Below are positions 62,402 through 64,000 of a DNA stretch of 64,000 nucleotides, in pieces. Source of the DNA: Lingula anatina (lineage: Eukaryota > Animalia > Brachiopoda); assembly GCA_051362555.1 (NCBI GenBank), contig CM120640.1:14570001-14634000 (forward strand), in the 5' to 3' direction. The notes beneath the pieces were generated by a model. It did no database searches and was not told the origin of the DNA. It saw only the letters and a list, made by a program, of their open reading frames with translations. The stretch's first letter is position 1, and every line of letters starts with the position of its first letter. A program made the position numbers and the translations under genes.

Positions 62402-63625
62402 ATGGAAGAGAACACATCTTTAGCGTGTGTTAATAACTGCTCGACCACGGAGCCACTAGTACGAGGAGTAGACGTCATGAAACTGCCTTGGCTTAGAAGT
62501 ATATTCATTTTGTTTTACTGCGTTATATTCCTTTTAGGGGTAAGTGGAAACTCATTAGTGGTCTTTGTGGTCAGCAGGAATAGACATATGCGCACTATAA
62601 CCAACATATTCATTTGTAACTTGGCCATATCTGACATCCTTATGTGTCTGCTGGCAATCCCATTTACGCCGATGTCATATTTCATGAATACGTGGACATT
62701 CGGCGACGCCATTTGCAAAATCGTACCCATGGTCAGCGGTGTTAGCGTGTTTGTGTCCACCCTAACGTCGATAGCCATTGCAGTGGACCGTTACTTCGTT
62801 ATCGTCCACCCATTTAAGCCGCGGATGAAGGTGTGGCTGTGTTTGTCACTCATTTTGGCCGTGTGGGCGATAGCCATAACGGTATCGATGCCGATAGCCA
62901 TATACCAGCAAGTGAAATGGGAGGAGAAAATACAGGCTTTGGAATGCGGCGAAGAATGGCCCAGAGATTCGGCGAGACAAGTGTTCACTGTCGTCACCAT
63001 GATTCTTCAGTACCTTGTCCCATGTATAATAATAACATTCTGTTATTCCAATGTATCCATGGCACTCCACGAAAGATCAAGAGTGAAGCCCGGTCACAAA
63101 TCCCGTGAGCGCGAGGAGCTGGAAATAAAGAGAAAACGAAGGACAAATAGGATGCTGATCGCTATGGTCGCCATTTTTGTGTGTTGCTGGATGCCGTTGA
63201 ACATATTCCACTTGATTCGCGAGTATCACGTTGTGTCGAACACGTGGCCCCACCAGGCGCTCGTTTTCTTCATTGCCCATGTTATTGCGATGAGCTCGAC
63301 CATATACAACCCCTTTTTGTACGCATGGATGAACGAGAACTTCCGGAAGGAGTTCAAGCAAGTTCCTCCGTTTGTATGCCTTCAGTCAAACCTGTCTGGT
63401 CGGAATGGCTGCCCAACGACCACCCGTGACACCACGATGTCCGTGCTACGACAATCCCCCATAAGGGACGGTCAGTTGCTGACGGAGGCAGGAGACCCAG
63501 AAGAGAAGAGCGACGAAAAAGAGAACGGCGATGTGCATAACGGGGACTGCGAGCTGCAGTGCTTCGTACGAGATAAGGCTCATCATGATTCCGTCAATTC
63601 GGAGATGGAGGAAACGGATCTTTAA
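62402..63625 (+). CDS. sNPFR: Class A neuropeptide GPCR, short neuropeptide F / prolactin-releasing-peptide receptor type (407 aa, intronless CDS)
   Basis: Seven hydrophobic segments. Motifs GN (TM1), TNIFICNLAISD..PFTP (TM2), AVDRY, RKRRTNRMLIAMV..CWMPLN and AHVIAMSSTIYNPFLYAWMNENFRKEF match protostome sNPF receptors. N-terminal NTS/NCS glycosylation sites. Splice acceptor at 62298; first Met after the in-frame stop at 62338 is at 62402. Confidence 0.9.
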   Translation: MEENTSLACVNNCSTTEPLVRGVDVMKLPWLRSIFILFYCVIFLLGVSGNSLVVFVVSRNRHMRTITNIFICNLAISDILMCLLAIPFTPMSYFMNTWTFGDAICKIVPMVSGVSVFVSTLTSIAIAVDRYFVIVHPFKPRMKVWLCLSLILAVWAIAITVSMPIAIYQQVKWEEKIQALECGEEWPRDSARQVFTVVTMILQYLVPCIIITFCYSNVSMALHERSRVKPGHKSREREELEIKRKRRTNRMLIAMVAIFVCCWMPLNIFHLIREYHVVSNTWPHQALVFFIAHVIAMSSTIYNPFLYAWMNENFRKEFKQVPPFVCLQSNLSGRNGCPTTTRDTTMSVLRQSPIRDGQLLTEAGDPEEKSDEKENGDVHNGDCELQCFVRDKAHHDSVNSEMEETDL

Positions 63626-64000
63626 AAAAGCGTATAAAGAAAAGCTATTTTGGGTGACTTATCGATGAACTGCAAAGGCACATTTGACATTGTTTTTAAT
63701 AGAACTGGCAACAATTCAACTGTAACTTGATATACGGGACACAAAAGTGAGATGAATGTTTTGAAGAAAGCTGGGGACTTGACCCATTGGGCACTGTTAT
63801 GTAATCAAGATTGGGATGGAGAGGCTGGTTGAATAAACTGCATAGGGTATAGCTTTTGGGCTGTTTTCGGTGGTTGGAGAAATTACAAACCTTTGAATAA
63901 TGAAGTAGAACATTTTGATTAGGTATGTGCGCTGAGCAATTAGAACCAAACTGCATAATTTGTCTAATGCAACGGGCGTGTGGCTTTGAGTACAAGGCAG

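Noticed and set aside
62515-63429. Alternative-frame and antisense ORFs within the GPCR
   Set aside because: Shadow ORFs of the receptor CDS.
1-64000. tRNA, rRNA, CRISPR arrays or prokaryotic operons
   Set aside because: No cloverleaf/T-loop context, rRNA-like segments or repeat-spacer arrays were seen. The sequence is spliceosomal-intron-containing animal DNA.

Overview
AT-rich, intron-containing animal genomic DNA, inferred from its peptide content to be lophotrochozoan and probably molluscan. Four genes can be built from splice signals and reading frames. (1) A minus-strand multicopy GWamide (APGWamide/RGWamide-type) neuropeptide precursor with exons 8767-8090, 5446-5354 and 4309 onward. 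(2) A plus-strand four-exon, 441-aa Lys/Arg-rich protein of unknown function (13721-17140). (3) A minus-strand three-exon, 105-aa AKH/GnRH-superfamily precursor predicted to release pQWHQTLGWGAAGMV-amide (26092-23541). (4) A plus-strand sNPF/PrRP-type class A GPCR with an intronless CDS (62402-63625). The rest is intronic or intergenic DNA carrying a decayed Tc1 (DD34E) transposon with both TIRs, several MITEs, LINE remnants and microsatellites. The most interesting signal is that the two neuropeptide genes lie about 15 kb apart on the same strand and share a layout: TATA box, large first coding exon, GWG-containing peptides, and a C-terminal Cys-helix / phase-0 intron / Cys module. This suggests the two families arose by tandem duplication. 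All splice models are predicted by eye and need RNA confirmation.
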